Counted from the first letter of the stretch, positions 1-10,198 are shown. The stretch: DNA of 64,000 nt from Herpetosiphon sp. NSE202 (GCF_042688385.1 NZ_JBHUPY010000007.1:258110-322109), one strand, 5' to 3'. The notes: generated from the sequence alone by a model not told the origin. Numbers and translations are program-made.

Positions 1-11
1 TTGCTGAGCGT

Positions 12-698
12 TTGGCCCCGCCATCGTTGAGCAATCCGCTTGGCACCGATCAATTTGGGCGTGATGTTCTCGCCCGAATCTTGATTGGCGGGCGCTGGTC
101 GTTAGCGGGAGCGACATTAGTTTGTCTTGGAACAAGTTGTTTAGGCTTGATCATTGGCGCGTGCTGTGCTTTGGGACCGCGCTGGCTTGATTATCTACTG
201 AGCCGCATTACCGAAACCCTGCAAGCAATTCCAGCAGTGTTGTTGGCCTTGGCGCTAAGTGCGATTCTCTCGCGCTCGTTTGGCAATTTGCTGCTGGCCT
301 TGGTGCTGACCAATTGGACGTGGTATGCTCGCATATATCGGGCCTTGATCATCAAAGAATTGGCAATGCCCTATATTGAAGGTGCGCAGGTCATTGGGGT
401 CAAGCCGCTGGCGATTTTAACCCGTCATGTGCTGCCCAACCTCTTTGGCGCGATTGTTGTGGTTGCCACGACCAACTTTGGCGGCGTGATTTTGAACCTC
501 TCAGCCTTATCGTTTATTGGCTTTGGCCTCAACCCACCAACCCCAGAGTGGGGCAATTTGATTAACGAATCGCGAACATTTTTTCAACGTGAACCACGCC
601 TGATGCTTATTCCTGGCCTGTGCATTGCGACCACCGTGCTTTGGATTAATCTCTTGGGCAATGCCCTGCGCGATCGCTTGGATCTTGATAGAAGGTAG
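12..698 (+). CDS. ABC transporter permease (Dpp/Opp-type inner-membrane component), C-terminal part; gene starts upstream of the window
   Basis: Multi-TM protein with a binding-protein-dependent transport signature (..ITETLQAIPAVLLALALSAIL.. / ..ARIYRALIIKE..). The ORF runs off the 5' edge. Confidence 0.8.
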   Translation: MAPPSLSNPLGTDQFGRDVLARILIGGRWSLAGATLVCLGTSCLGLIIGACCALGPRWLDYLLSRITETLQAIPAVLLALALSAILSRSFGNLLLALVLTNWTWYARIYRALIIKELAMPYIEGAQVIGVKPLAILTRHVLPNLFGAIVVVATTNFGGVILNLSALSFIGFGLNPPTPEWGNLINESRTFFQREPRLMLIPGLCIATTVLWINLLGNALRDRLDLDRR

Positions 699-990
699 AG
701 AGTGGGGATTGGGGATCGGGGATCAGGGATTAGGGGCTATCGGACGATCAATTAGTGGAATTCGGGCAATTCGTGGCTAAAAAGAACAGAGAGCAAAGAA
801 CATAGAACAGAGAGCATAGAACATAATCCCAACAATCTGTGCCAATCTGTGGCGAAAAATAATGCTTCGCGTTTTTCGCGCCCTTCGTGGTTTTCGTCCT
901 TCGTGTCCCTTCGTGCCCTTCGTGGATCAAAAACAAACCCCCGCCACCAGAACGGTAGCGAGGGGTTCGTAAGCCATAGTAAAAACTCTT
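699..990. repeat. Mosaic intergenic repeat cluster A: G-rich gggat(c/t)(a/g)ggg words, agaacatagaac words, ccttcgtg words (the reverse orientation of ccacgaag)
   Basis: Short words are tandemly reiterated. The same word set recurs at 8 other intergenic loci in this window in both orientations. Confidence 0.8.
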
Positions 991-2047
991 AGTCAAGATA
1001 GGCTCGGAGGTGTTGTCCAACATTGGGTTGGCGCAAGTGGCGCATTGCTTCGGCCTCGATTTGGCGGGTGCGTTCGCGGGTAATGCCGAATTCAGCCCCA
1101 ACTTCTTCGAGAGTGCGGCGTTTGCCATCGGCTAAGCCATAGCGCAACTGCAAGATTTGGCGTTCGCGGTCGGGCAATTGCGAAAGCGCATCGGCCAACT
1201 CATCGTGCAACATCATGCGGGTTGCTTGCTCAAGTGGCGCTTCATCGGTATCGTCGGCCAGAAACTCGCCAACCCGACCTTGGCCTTCTTTGCCAATTGG
1301 TTGCTCGAGCGACACTGGCTGGACTGAAGCATTCAACATGCGCTTGACCTTGCGCAAACTTACGCCCAAGGCATCGGCCAACTCATCGGGAGTAGCCTCG
1401 CGTTGCAGGGCTTGTTCAAGCTGGTAGGCAACGCGGCGCATTTGCGCGATTGATTCGCTCAAGTGAACTGGCAAGCGAATGGTGCGGCTTTGTTCGGCAA
1501 TCGCCCGGGTCACTGCTTGGCGAATCCACCAAGTAGCATAGGTTGAAAAACGGTTGCCTTTGCGATAGTCGAATTTTTCGACGGCACGCATCAAGCCAAT
1601 ATTGCCTTCTTGGATCAGATCCATGAACGACATATGATTGCCGATATATTTTTTGGCGACGCTGACCACCAAGCGCAAATTGGCTTGAGTTAGCTTGCGC
1701 CGGCCTTCGTTACCATAATCGACGCGGCGTTCGAGCGCTTTGCGCTCGTCCCACGTTGCGTATTGTTCGGTTTGCAACTGGAGCTCCGCCTTGCGCCCAG
1801 TTTCAATTTGTTTGGCGAGAGTAATTTCTTCCTCGGCGGTAAGCAACTCGACCTCGCCGATTTCACGCAAATACATCTGGACTGAATCTTCGACAGCCTC
1901 GGAATAGAGCGTTTTCTTGCGGCGTAGGTTTACTATGGCTAATTCTGCGTCTTCATCATTAAAACCCGGCTCAAGCTCCCAGCCCTCAGGGGCATCTTCA
2001 AGCTCCGGTTGGTTTTTTGCTACATTCATCGTTTCATACTTTGTCAT
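989..2047 (-). CDS. rpoD: RNA polymerase sigma-70 factor RpoD/SigA
   Basis: Regions 1.2-4 are conserved (..TLYSEAVEDSVQMYLREIGEVELL.., ..FMDLIQEGNIGLMRAVEKFDYRKGNRFSTYATWWIRQAVTRAI.., ..TLEEVGAEFGITRERTRQIEAEAMRHLR..). The start is placed at MTKYETMNV (ATG at 2047); the six-frame ORF extends to 2200. Confidence 0.9.
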   Translation of the reverse strand: MTKYETMNVAKNQPELEDAPEGWELEPGFNDEDAELAIVNLRRKKTLYSEAVEDSVQMYLREIGEVELLTAEEEITLAKQIETGRKAELQLQTEQYATWDERKALERRVDYGNEGRRKLTQANLRLVVSVAKKYIGNHMSFMDLIQEGNIGLMRAVEKFDYRKGNRFSTYATWWIRQAVTRAIAEQSRTIRLPVHLSESIAQMRRVAYQLEQALQREATPDELADALGVSLRKVKRMLNASVQPVSLEQPIGKEGQGRVGEFLADDTDEAPLEQATRMMLHDELADALSQLPDRERQILQLRYGLADGKRRTLEEVGAEFGITRERTRQIEAEAMRHLRQPNVGQHLRAYLD

Positions 2048-2456
2048 CGTCCACGCTCGCTGGGCTACGCCCACTATGGCTTTCGCTGCTGGCGGCGCAC
2101 GAAAGCTATCTATTGAACCCGCAGGATTCTTTATACAATGTACTACGTTACGTCTGGTAAGCTTGGATGTTTGCTGGATTGTGACGGGCTGCTTCCACAT
2201 CCTGGATTATGTCTAAAGCAAAAACCACGCCACGAACTGTAATTCTTACAGTTACAGTATAACAAGTATAGTATAGCAAGAGATTCGTCAAGATCAATAA
2301 GCCAAAAGGGGTAGTTTATAGATGTTCAAAGTTTCTTCATAGGTTAGGAGTAAAGTGCTAGTGTACAATGGGACTATTGTATGCATTGGAGGATTTATCG
2401 AATTGTTAGGTATCAAAAAGTAACTTGAAATGAGGTCAAATAATAGTTAAAAACTA

Positions 2457-2485
2457 TTGCAAAGGGTATAGCTATCCGCTATAAT
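2457..2485 (+). promoter_or_regulatory. Near-consensus sigma-70-like promoter (TTGCAA-N17-TATAAT) on the + strand
   Basis: ttgcaa agggtatagctatccgc tataat. It lies downstream of the rpmB stop and points toward the asp23-fakA-fakB genes on the + strand. Confidence 0.3.
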
Positions 2486-2543
2486 GCGTTGCGGTCAAAA
2501 CCGAGGTTCCTTGCCGCAACGCACCTCTGCGGTGATAAAACCA

Positions 2544-2726
2544 TTAGCGATCTTTGTACATGGTGCGAATATAGCGGGTGCTAACTTTCATTCGCTTCAT
2601 TTGACCATTAACTTCAACCATAGCCCATTGGATATTTGGTTTCCATGAGCGATTGGTACGGTTTTTAGCGTGGCTCACATTGTGGCCGAAGGAGCGCTTT
2701 TTCCCCGTCATTTGGCAGACTGCCAT
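2544..2726 (-). CDS. rpmB: 50S ribosomal protein L28
   Basis: MAVCQMTGKKRSFGHNVSHAKNRTNRSWKPNIQ.. is the L28 signature. A GGAGGT RBS sits 6 nt upstream of the ATG at 2726. The six-frame ORF has a spurious N-terminal extension. Confidence 0.85.
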   Translation of the reverse strand: MAVCQMTGKKRSFGHNVSHAKNRTNRSWKPNIQWAMVEVNGQMKRMKVSTRYIRTMYKDR

Positions 2727-3018
2727 GGGCGGACCTCCGTAGTTGAGACTTAAAAAGAGCCACCCTTGGTGGCTGTACCCGCTGACTATACCATAGGACG
2801 CGCTCTGATGCAACTTTTTAAATTATGCAAGTTTTCTGGCTGAATGCCCAGCAATCAAGGCCAATTGGGCTTCAGATTGAAGCCAATTATGGCATATGCT
2901 AGCTCTTGCATAATCGAGTATCATACAGCAGTAGCGCGGTTAGTTCCGCGCTATTCTCATCAAAAAACCGACGCTCGTGAGCGCCGACCATCGAACCATC
3001 TAGTTGCGAGGACTGTTC

Positions 3019-3500
3019 GAGTGAACGAGAAAACAAGTCTCGCGAATGTGCGCCAAAACGACGCTGGACGCATCGAGGTACATTCTCGCGCCATTGCTAC
3101 TGTAGTAGCCGGAGCGGTAGTGCGGTGCTACGGCGTTGTGGGCATGGCCCCGCGCAACTTACGCGATAGTGTCGCCCATGTGTTGCGACCGGAAGATCAA
3201 TATAAAGGTATTGACGTGCAAGTCAGTGCCGAGGCAATTAACATCGATCTGTTTGTGATCATCGAGTATGGCACACGGATCGCTACTGTTGCCCGCAATA
3301 TTATGGAAACTGTTCAGTACGCGGTTGTGCATGCACTTGGCGAGGCCAATATCACGGTCAATGTGCATGTTCAGGGCCTGCGGATTGAGCAAGCAGACAA
3401 AGAACCAACAAAAGATGCAACCGAAGGCCAGCCCAGCCGCTGGCGACGTTTTGGCGTAATGGGAGGTCTGCGTGGACAGCGCACCGAAGAATCAAATTGA
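3019..3500 (+). CDS. Asp23/Gls24 family (alkaline shock protein-like)
   Basis: ..GRIEVHSRAIATVVAGAVVRCYGVVGM.. is an Asp23 core. The start is proposed at the GTG at 3019 after GAGGA; the ORF track starts at 2844. It overlaps the fakA start by 29 nt. Confidence 0.7.
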
Positions 3501-5109
3501 TGGCACCCGGCTGTTGGCAGTTTTTCGCGCAGCCGCAGCGTGGTTTAGCCAGAATGTGGCAACTGTCAACGCCCTAAATGTGTTTCCTGTGCCCGATGGC
3601 GATACAGGAACCAACATGAACCTTACGCTGACAGCGGCGCTCAAGGATGTGCAGGATGATGCCTCGGTCGCGGTCGTGGCCGAACGAGTGTATCGCGGGG
3701 CTTTGATGGGCGCTCGCGGCAACTCTGGGGTGATTCTTTCGCAAATTCTGCGCGGGCTTTCGCAGGGCATGGCCGGCCAGCAGGTTTGTACGCCCGAAAT
3801 CTTGGTTGCAGCCTTAGAACAAGCCTCAACTACTGCTTATAAAGCGGTGATCAAACCAGTCGAAGGCACAATGCTCACGGTTATTCGCGAAACCAGCGAA
3901 GCAGCCCGAGCAGGCTTTAAGCCAGAAATGAACTGGCATGAAGTGCTTGATTTAATTGTTAAAGGGGCACGGGTTTCGGTCGATAATACGCCCAACCTGA
4001 TGAAAATGTTACGCGACGCTGGCGTAGTCGATGCTGGCGGCGAAGGTTTGTATGTGCTCTTCGAGGGCGCGATGGCATTTGCCCGTGGCGAGAAGCTTGA
4101 ACAACGAGTTGCCCCAGTCGATCAAGTGGCGATGGCCTTTGACGATATTCATAGCGACGATGATTTTGGCTATTGCACCAACTTTATGATCCAAGGCGAA
4201 GATATTCCCTACGAGGATGTGCGGCGCACGATTGCCGAAATGGGTACGTCGGTGGTCGCGGTTGGCGATGAACGCTTGGTCAAGGTGCATTTGCACACCC
4301 TACGGCCTGGCGATGCACTGAATTATGCAGTGCAATGGGGCAGCCTTGGGGCAATTGAAATTACCAATATGGATAAACAGCGCAGCGATCTGCATGAAGC
4401 CAAAGCCCAACAAACTAGCCAACCAGCCCGGGTAAAACCCGATGAGCCAGTGAGCGATGTTGGCGTGGTCGCGGTTGCGCCTGGCCAAGGCTTTCGCGAG
4501 CTGTTTGAATCGTTAAATGTTGGCGAAGTGGTCACTGGCGGCCAAACCATGAATCCCTCGATTCAAGATTTGGTGACGGCAATCGAGAAATTGCCCCAGC
4601 CAGCAGTTGTGGTGTTGCCAAATAATAGCAATGTGATTTTGGCAGCACAACAAGCGCAACAATTAACCAATAAAGTTGTGCATGTAATTCCAACTAAAAC
4701 CGTGCCGCAAGGCATGGCGGCAATGTTTGCCTTTAATTATGCGGTTGGCGCTGAAGAAAATGTGCAGGCCATGAGCCGCGCAATTAAGGATATTACTACG
4801 GCGGAAATTACCACTGCCGTGCGCGATGCTACCGTAAATGATGTTGAAGTGCGCGATGGCCAAACGATTGGCTTGCTCAACGGCGCACTGGTTGAATCTG
4901 GCGATCAGCCCGACGACGTGATTGATCGCATCTTAGCCCGGATGGATTTGGACGACCATGAGATCGTTACCATCTATTATGGCGAACAATGTTCGGCGGA
5001 ACAGGCTGAAACACTAGCCCACAAAATCAACGCAACCTACCCTGCGCTTGATGTTGAGGTGCAAAACGGCGGACAACCATTTTATGATTACATTCTCTCT
5101 GCGGAGTGA
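3472..5109 (+). CDS. fakA: DAK2-domain fatty-acid kinase subunit A (FakA / YloV family)
   Basis: The N-terminal DAK2 domain reads ..VPDGDTGTNMNLTL.. and is followed by a YloV-like C-terminal domain. A GGGAGG RBS sits 5 nt before the GTG start. The genes that follow are DegV/FakB genes. Confidence 0.85.
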   Translation: MDSAPKNQIDGTRLLAVFRAAAAWFSQNVATVNALNVFPVPDGDTGTNMNLTLTAALKDVQDDASVAVVAERVYRGALMGARGNSGVILSQILRGLSQGMAGQQVCTPEILVAALEQASTTAYKAVIKPVEGTMLTVIRETSEAARAGFKPEMNWHEVLDLIVKGARVSVDNTPNLMKMLRDAGVVDAGGEGLYVLFEGAMAFARGEKLEQRVAPVDQVAMAFDDIHSDDDFGYCTNFMIQGEDIPYEDVRRTIAEMGTSVVAVGDERLVKVHLHTLRPGDALNYAVQWGSLGAIEITNMDKQRSDLHEAKAQQTSQPARVKPDEPVSDVGVVAVAPGQGFRELFESLNVGEVVTGGQTMNPSIQDLVTAIEKLPQPAVVVLPNNSNVILAAQQAQQLTNKVVHVIPTKTVPQGMAAMFAFNYAVGAEENVQAMSRAIKDITTAEITTAVRDATVNDVEVRDGQTIGLLNGALVESGDQPDDVIDRILARMDLDDHEIVTIYYGEQCSAEQAETLAHKINATYPALDVEVQNGGQPFYDYILSAE

Positions 5110-5153
5110 TACACAGCCCCGTTTCTGACGGCGCGATGGAGATATGTTGGGTT

Positions 5154-6002
5154 ATGGCGCGAGTAAAGATTATTACCGATAGCACTGCTGATATTCCACC
5201 AGCCTTGGCACAAGAGCTGAACATCACCGTGATTCCAATCTATGTGCATTTTGGTGATCAGACGTTGCGAGCTGGGATCGACATTAGCAACGAGCAGTTT
5301 TATCGGCGGATGGCCGAGGGTGGGCCGTATCCTTATACGACTGCACCAGCACCAGGAGTGTTTGAACAGTATTATCGTCAATTTTCCCGTGAATATGACG
5401 GGGTCTTTTCAATTCACTTGTCGAATCGCTTTGGCGGCGTGGTTAAATCGGCAACGATTGCCCGCGATAAATTGCCAGCCTCGCTGACCCGCGTTGAGGT
5501 GATTGATAGCACCTCGACCTCGTTGGGCTTAGGTATGGTGGCGATCGCCGCAGCCAAGGCAGCACTTGATGGTGCATCACTTGATGAAGTGCATCGAACG
5601 GTCATGCAAACTATTCAATTGACCCATGTAGTGTTTTTTGTTGATTCAATTGATTATCTTGAACGCAGCGGGCGTTTATCGCAAGCCTCGGCAATGCTTG
5701 GCTCGATGCAACGGATCAAGCCGTTGCTGATTCTTGATGATGGTGAAATTGTGCCTTACGATCGCACCCGCACGCGAGCCAAAGCAATTGAAGGCTTGTT
5801 TACCTTTATTGAGGACTTTCCCAAGGTCGAGCAGGTGGCGATTATGCACAGCACCACGCCTGATGATGTGGAGAAATTGCTAGAGAAGATTGACCCGATC
5901 TATCCTCGCGATCAGGTCATGATTGTGGAATATGGGCCAGCGCTGGGCGCACATCTGGGTCCAAATGCAATGGGTGTCGTGGTTTACGAAGGGATCGAGT
6001 AA
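5154..6002 (+). CDS. DegV family fatty-acid-binding protein (FakB paralog 1)
   Basis: MARVKIITDSTADIPPALAQELNITVIPIYV.. is a DegV N-terminus. The start is at the ATG at 5154 after GGAGAT. Confidence 0.85.
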   Translation: MARVKIITDSTADIPPALAQELNITVIPIYVHFGDQTLRAGIDISNEQFYRRMAEGGPYPYTTAPAPGVFEQYYRQFSREYDGVFSIHLSNRFGGVVKSATIARDKLPASLTRVEVIDSTSTSLGLGMVAIAAAKAALDGASLDEVHRTVMQTIQLTHVVFFVDSIDYLERSGRLSQASAMLGSMQRIKPLLILDDGEIVPYDRTRTRAKAIEGLFTFIEDFPKVEQVAIMHSTTPDDVEKLLEKIDPIYPRDQVMIVEYGPALGAHLGPNAMGVVVYEGIE

Positions 6003-6057
6003 ACCAGCGCCGCAGATCAACTGTGCATCAACCAGTCTTAAATAAACCAACGTAACA

Positions 6058-6100
6058 CCCCACGCAGCGTCATTTTCGGCTATTATACGGCTGCGTGGGG
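6058..6100 (+). other. Intergenic stem-loop (11-bp perfect stem ccccacgcagc / gctgcgtgggg, 21-nt loop) between the two fakB genes
   Basis: The inverted repeat was read directly from the sequence. No U-run follows it. Possibly an intercistronic processing or attenuation element. Confidence 0.3.
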
Positions 6101-6189
6101 TAGCTATTCCCTTAGCGAGCAGTGTGCTGGCAGTGTAGCCAAAGGCCGCTCGCTACGATTTGGCGAAAATAAAGCCAGAAGGAGGCCAA

Positions 6190-7023
6190 GTGGCGATTAT
6201 TGTAACCGACAGTACTGCTGATATTCCGCCTGGGTTGGCAGCAGAACACGACATTCATGTGATTCCATTAACGGTTAATTTCGATGCAGAATCGTTCTCC
6301 GATGGTGTCGAAATTACCCATGATCAATTTTATACTCGCCTCGTTGCCAGCAACAATTTGCCAACCACGTCGCAGCCCTCAGTTGGGGCCTTCGAGCAAT
6401 TGTATCGCGCAATTGGCAACGACGAGCCAATTATCTCGATTCATATTGCTGGCAAATTGAGCGGCACGATTCGCTCAGCTCAACAAGCAGCCGAATTATT
6501 GCCCGATTTTGATATTCGGGTGATTGATGTCCAAAGCACCACCATGTCGCAAGGCTGGGCAGCGCTTTTGGCAGCTCGCGCCGCCAAAGAAGGCAAATCG
6601 GCTGATGAAATTGAAGCCTTGGTGCATAGCATCGTTGAGCGCACTCGCTTGCTTGCAGCCTTGGATACCTTGCGCTACCTCGAAAAAGGTGGTCGGATTG
6701 GCAAAACCCGTGCGTTGCTGGGAACTTTGCTCAACGTCAAGCCAATTATCGACGTGCGTGATGGCGAAGTTAAACCCTTCGAGCAAGTGCGCAGCAAGAA
6801 AAAAGCTGTGGCCCGCTTGATCGAAGAAGCACGCAATATGGCTCCCTTCGAAGAATTGGCGGTACTTTATTCACGCAACGAGGAAGAAGCCCAAGAGTTT
6901 GCCCAAAGCCTCAACGAAATTTTTCCCGCCGAACGAATTGTACTGGCCGAAATTGGGGCAGTTGTGGGAACCCACATTGGGCCAGGCGCTTTAGGTTTCA
7001 CTGGCGTGCGTAAAAATAAATAG
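6190..7023 (+). CDS. DegV family fatty-acid-binding protein (FakB paralog 2)
   Basis: VAIIVTDSTADIPPGLAAEHDIHVIPLTV.. The start is GTG at 6190, directly after AAGGAGG. An alternative TTG start lies at 6160. Confidence 0.85.
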   Translation: MAIIVTDSTADIPPGLAAEHDIHVIPLTVNFDAESFSDGVEITHDQFYTRLVASNNLPTTSQPSVGAFEQLYRAIGNDEPIISIHIAGKLSGTIRSAQQAAELLPDFDIRVIDVQSTTMSQGWAALLAARAAKEGKSADEIEALVHSIVERTRLLAALDTLRYLEKGGRIGKTRALLGTLLNVKPIIDVRDGEVKPFEQVRSKKKAVARLIEEARNMAPFEELAVLYSRNEEEAQEFAQSLNEIFPAERIVLAEIGAVVGTHIGPGALGFTGVRKNK

Positions 7024-7375
7024 GCGATCAGGAATAAGGGGTCAGGGATCAGGCTTAAAAAACGCGAACTCTGGCCCCTCGCCCCTGAATTCCGCCCCCT
7101 AGCTCTGAGTTAATGATCTACGCAGGACACGAAGGCTTGAAACCACGAAGCGCGCGAAGAACGCGAAGCATTATTTTTTCGCCACAGATGAGCACAGATT
7201 GGCTTGATTATCGTTCCCAATAGCCAATAGCCAATAGCCCTGACTCCTCGCTTTTGACTTCTGATTTTTGACTTCTGATTTTTGCCTTTTGCCTTTTACT
7301 TTCACAGCTTCTATGTTCTATGTTCTTTGCTCTATGTTCTCCTTCATCCCTCATCCTTAACGACAGCGACTTAAG
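7024..7375. repeat. Mosaic intergenic repeat cluster B (gggtcagggatcagg, ccacgaag/cgcgaag words, atagccaatagcc x3, ttttgacttctga x2, ttctatgttc x3, catccctcatcc)
   Basis: Same word families as cluster A, in the opposite orientation. Confidence 0.8.
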
Positions 7376-7471
7376 TCATAGCTAGTCGTGCTATAATCGT
7401 TCTAAATAGCATAACAAGATTGCTCAATGGTGCGCGACACTCGCATCATTGTTATAGGAGCGCATAGCACC

Positions 7472-8551
7472 ATGGGCTTGTTTGGGAAACGGGCGGATGC
7501 GCCAACACAAGAGGCAGTCTTGGCTGCCCTTGCAACGGTGCAAGAGCCAGAACTCGGTGGCAACTTAGTTGCCCGCAAAATGATCAAAGAACTGACCATC
7601 GATGGCGGACGCGTCGTTGTCTTGGTCGATCTGACCACGCCAGCTTGTCCGTTCAAGGACCAGTTGGCCAACGATGTGCGCGCAGCTTTGGCCCAAGTGC
7701 CAGGCGTGAGCGAAGTCGAGGTCGATTTTACCGCTACCGTGCGGTCATACAATGGGATTCCTGATAAAGCCCGCGTGCCTGGCGTGAGCCATATTTTGGC
7801 TGTGGCTTCGGGCAAGGGCGGCGTAGGCAAATCAACAGTTGCAGTTAATCTTGCGGTCGCGTTGGCCCAAGAAGGCGCACGGGTTGGCTTGCTCGATGCC
7901 GATATTTATGGGCCAAGTGCCCCGTTGATGACTGGCGCACGCGGCAAACCAGGCATTACCGAAAACCAAAAAATTGCCCCACTCGAAGCACATGGCATTA
8001 AAGTCATTTCGGTGGGCTATTTTGTTGATGATAGCCAGCCCTTGGTTTGGCGTGGGCCGATGATTTCATCGATGTTGCGTCAATTTTTGTTCGAGGTTGA
8101 TTGGGGCCAGCTGGATTATTTGGTCGTCGATTTGCCCCCGGGCACTGGCGATATTCAATTAACCTTGGCCCAAGCGATTCCACTTTCTGGCTCAGTTGTG
8201 GTAACCACCCCGCAAGATGTAGCCCTTGCTGATGCGATTAAAGGCGTTGAGATGTTCCGCAAGTTGAATGTACCCATCTTGGGGATTGTCGAGAACATGA
8301 GCTACTTTATCGCACCTGACACTGGCAAGCGCTACGACATCTTTGGCCATGGCGGCGCACAAACCGCCAGCACCAAATTGGGTGTACCATTCTTAGGCGA
8401 AATTCCGTTGGGCATGCCAATTCGCGAAGGTGGCGACACTGGTCAACCAGCGGTTACTCAAAGCGCCAAAGATGCCTATGCAGATGCCTTCCGCGAAGTT
8501 GCACGCACACTCGCAGGCCGCATCAGTATTGAAACCATGGTGGCGGCCTAG
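7472..8551 (+). CDS. Mrp/ApbC/NBP35 family iron-sulfur cluster carrier ATPase with an N-terminal MIP18/DUF59 domain
   Basis: ..AVASGKGGVGKSTVAVNLAVALAQEGARVGLLDADIYGPS.. is a deviant Walker A. The start is placed at MGLFGKR.. (7472). Confidence 0.85.
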   Translation: MGLFGKRADAPTQEAVLAALATVQEPELGGNLVARKMIKELTIDGGRVVVLVDLTTPACPFKDQLANDVRAALAQVPGVSEVEVDFTATVRSYNGIPDKARVPGVSHILAVASGKGGVGKSTVAVNLAVALAQEGARVGLLDADIYGPSAPLMTGARGKPGITENQKIAPLEAHGIKVISVGYFVDDSQPLVWRGPMISSMLRQFLFEVDWGQLDYLVVDLPPGTGDIQLTLAQAIPLSGSVVVTTPQDVALADAIKGVEMFRKLNVPILGIVENMSYFIAPDTGKRYDIFGHGGAQTASTKLGVPFLGEIPLGMPIREGGDTGQPAVTQSAKDAYADAFREVARTLAGRISIETMVAA

Positions 8552-8625
8552 CGCCTTGCCACTGGCAACGCTTCAATGACGCATGGCTGCTGCTATGCGT
8601 CATTGTTGTCTGAAAGAGCAAGCCG

Positions 8626-9660
8626 ATGATGCCGATTGAACTACTGGAAAGCCCTCAAACCAGCCAAATTCACGCCAGCACCCCTGCCCACGATGCTCAT
8701 GGGCGGCGGATTAATTACCTGCGGATTTCACTAACCGACCGCTGTAATTTTCGCTGTTTCTACTGTATGCCTGAATGGGGCATGCAATTTGCGCCCAAAC
8801 CAGAATTGCTGACCAATGACGAGTTGATTCGTTTGGTGCGAATTATGGCCCAAACTGGCTTTGAAAAGATTCGCCTAACGGGCGGCGAACCAACTTTGCG
8901 CCGCGATTTGGTCGGGCTGGTCGAGGCAATTGCCAATACTCCAGGCATTAACGAAGTTTCGATGACCACCAATGCCTTATTGTTGGCCCCGATTGCTCAG
9001 CAATTGGCCGATGCAGGCCTCAAACGGGTCAATATCAGCATCGATTCGCTCAACCCCGAAAACTTCCGTAAAATTACGCGCGGTGGCGATTTGGCGCGGG
9101 TTTGGGCTGGCATCGAAGCCGCCGAACAGGCTGGTTTAACGCCACTCAAGCTTAATTGTGTGATCGTGCGCGGCGTGAATGATCACGAAGTGCTCGATTT
9201 GGCGCGCCTGACGATCGACAAGCCATGGCAAATGCGTTTTATCGAGGTGATGCCCTTGGTTGGCGTGGCTGATGTGGCTGATAATGGCGTAGTGCCAAGC
9301 AACGAATTAATTGGCCAGATTGAAGCCAACTTGGGCCTCGATTTCCTTGGCTGGTATGGAGCCGACCCAGCGCGCACCTATCAAATTCCTGGGGCGCAAG
9401 GCAAAATTGGCTTTATTAGCTCAATTAGCGACCCGTTTTGTGCCACCTGCAATCGAATGCGGCTGACAGCCGATGGCAAATTACACCTGTGTTTGCTGCG
9501 CGATAATGAGCTTGATCTGCGGGCAGCGCTGCGTGGCAAGAGTAGCGATGAAGAGCTAGCAGCTTTGGTGCGCCATGCAGTTTGGATCAAACCTTGGGGC
9601 CATGGCTTGCCCGAAGGGGTTAAACCGACAGTTCGAGGAATGTCAGAGCTAGGCGGGTAA
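8626..9660 (+). CDS. moaA: GTP 3',8-cyclase MoaA (radical SAM)
   Basis: ..INYLRISLTDRCNFRCFYCMPEWG.. is the CxxxCxxC radical-SAM cluster. A C-terminal Cys motif reads ..CATCNRMRLTADGKLHLC.. Confidence 0.9.
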   Translation: MMPIELLESPQTSQIHASTPAHDAHGRRINYLRISLTDRCNFRCFYCMPEWGMQFAPKPELLTNDELIRLVRIMAQTGFEKIRLTGGEPTLRRDLVGLVEAIANTPGINEVSMTTNALLLAPIAQQLADAGLKRVNISIDSLNPENFRKITRGGDLARVWAGIEAAEQAGLTPLKLNCVIVRGVNDHEVLDLARLTIDKPWQMRFIEVMPLVGVADVADNGVVPSNELIGQIEANLGLDFLGWYGADPARTYQIPGAQGKIGFISSISDPFCATCNRMRLTADGKLHLCLLRDNELDLRAALRGKSSDEELAALVRHAVWIKPWGHGLPEGVKPTVRGMSELGG

Positions 9661-9679
9661 ATCGAGCAGAAGGAACAAA

Positions 9680-10141
9680 TTGATGCCAAAGCCATTACGC
9701 ATTAGCGCCAACGAATTGCTGAGCAGCGATCAAGCAACGACCTTCGCCTATGTTTGTCGGTTTGAAAATAACCGCGAATGGTGGTTGCCAGTCACCCATA
9801 CCCAACACATCAGTGGCGAGGGCGTTGGCGCAATCTACGAGGAACACGCCAAAGTAGCGGGAATTCCGATGAAAATGCAGTTGAAGGTTTATCATTACGA
9901 GCCACCAAAGCAAATCAAATTCACCATTAGCTCAGCGTTAATGCAATCGGATATGGATTATCAGTTTGTGGTTGAGCCAGCAGGCACGCGCTTAATCATT
10001 AGCACCGCGATTGATTTTAAGTGGTTTTTACGCCCATTTGCTCCGCTGATGCGTTCTGCATTAATTAAAGAAGCGAGCCAACATTTGAGCGTACTCAAGC
10101 GGGTTTTGGCCCAAAAAACTGCCCAAGCAAGCGGCCAATAA
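9680..10141 (+). CDS. Hypothetical protein, possibly SRPBCC-like
   Basis: 153-aa ORF with good coding appearance. No strong motif was recognised. Confidence 0.45.
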   Translation: MMPKPLRISANELLSSDQATTFAYVCRFENNREWWLPVTHTQHISGEGVGAIYEEHAKVAGIPMKMQLKVYHYEPPKQIKFTISSALMQSDMDYQFVVEPAGTRLIISTAIDFKWFLRPFAPLMRSALIKEASQHLSVLKRVLAQKTAQASGQ

Positions 10142-10198
10142 GCTATTTTTTTGCTTGGGGCAGCCAAATTTTATGGTATGCTATACAAAACTTAGACG

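Noticed and set aside
748-1128. 126-aa ORF on the - strand
   Set aside because: It spans repeat cluster A and the rpoD 3' end and has no coding signal.
2200-2540. AT-rich 340-nt region checked for a tRNA or ncRNA gene
   Set aside because: No cloverleaf-compatible arms. Best interpreted as the promoter regions of rpoD and rpmB. A CTGTAA-N4-TTACAG inverted repeat (2236-2256) was noted but not called.
2844-3018. N-terminal extension of the Asp23 ORF (MPSNQGQLGF..)
   Set aside because: The Asp23 homology begins only after the GTG at 3019, which is preceded by GAGGA. The extension is probably leader sequence.
8551-8626. Possible Moco riboswitch upstream of moaA
   Set aside because: The gap is only about 75 nt, which is too short. 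There is only a simple hairpin (tgacgcat..atgcgtca).
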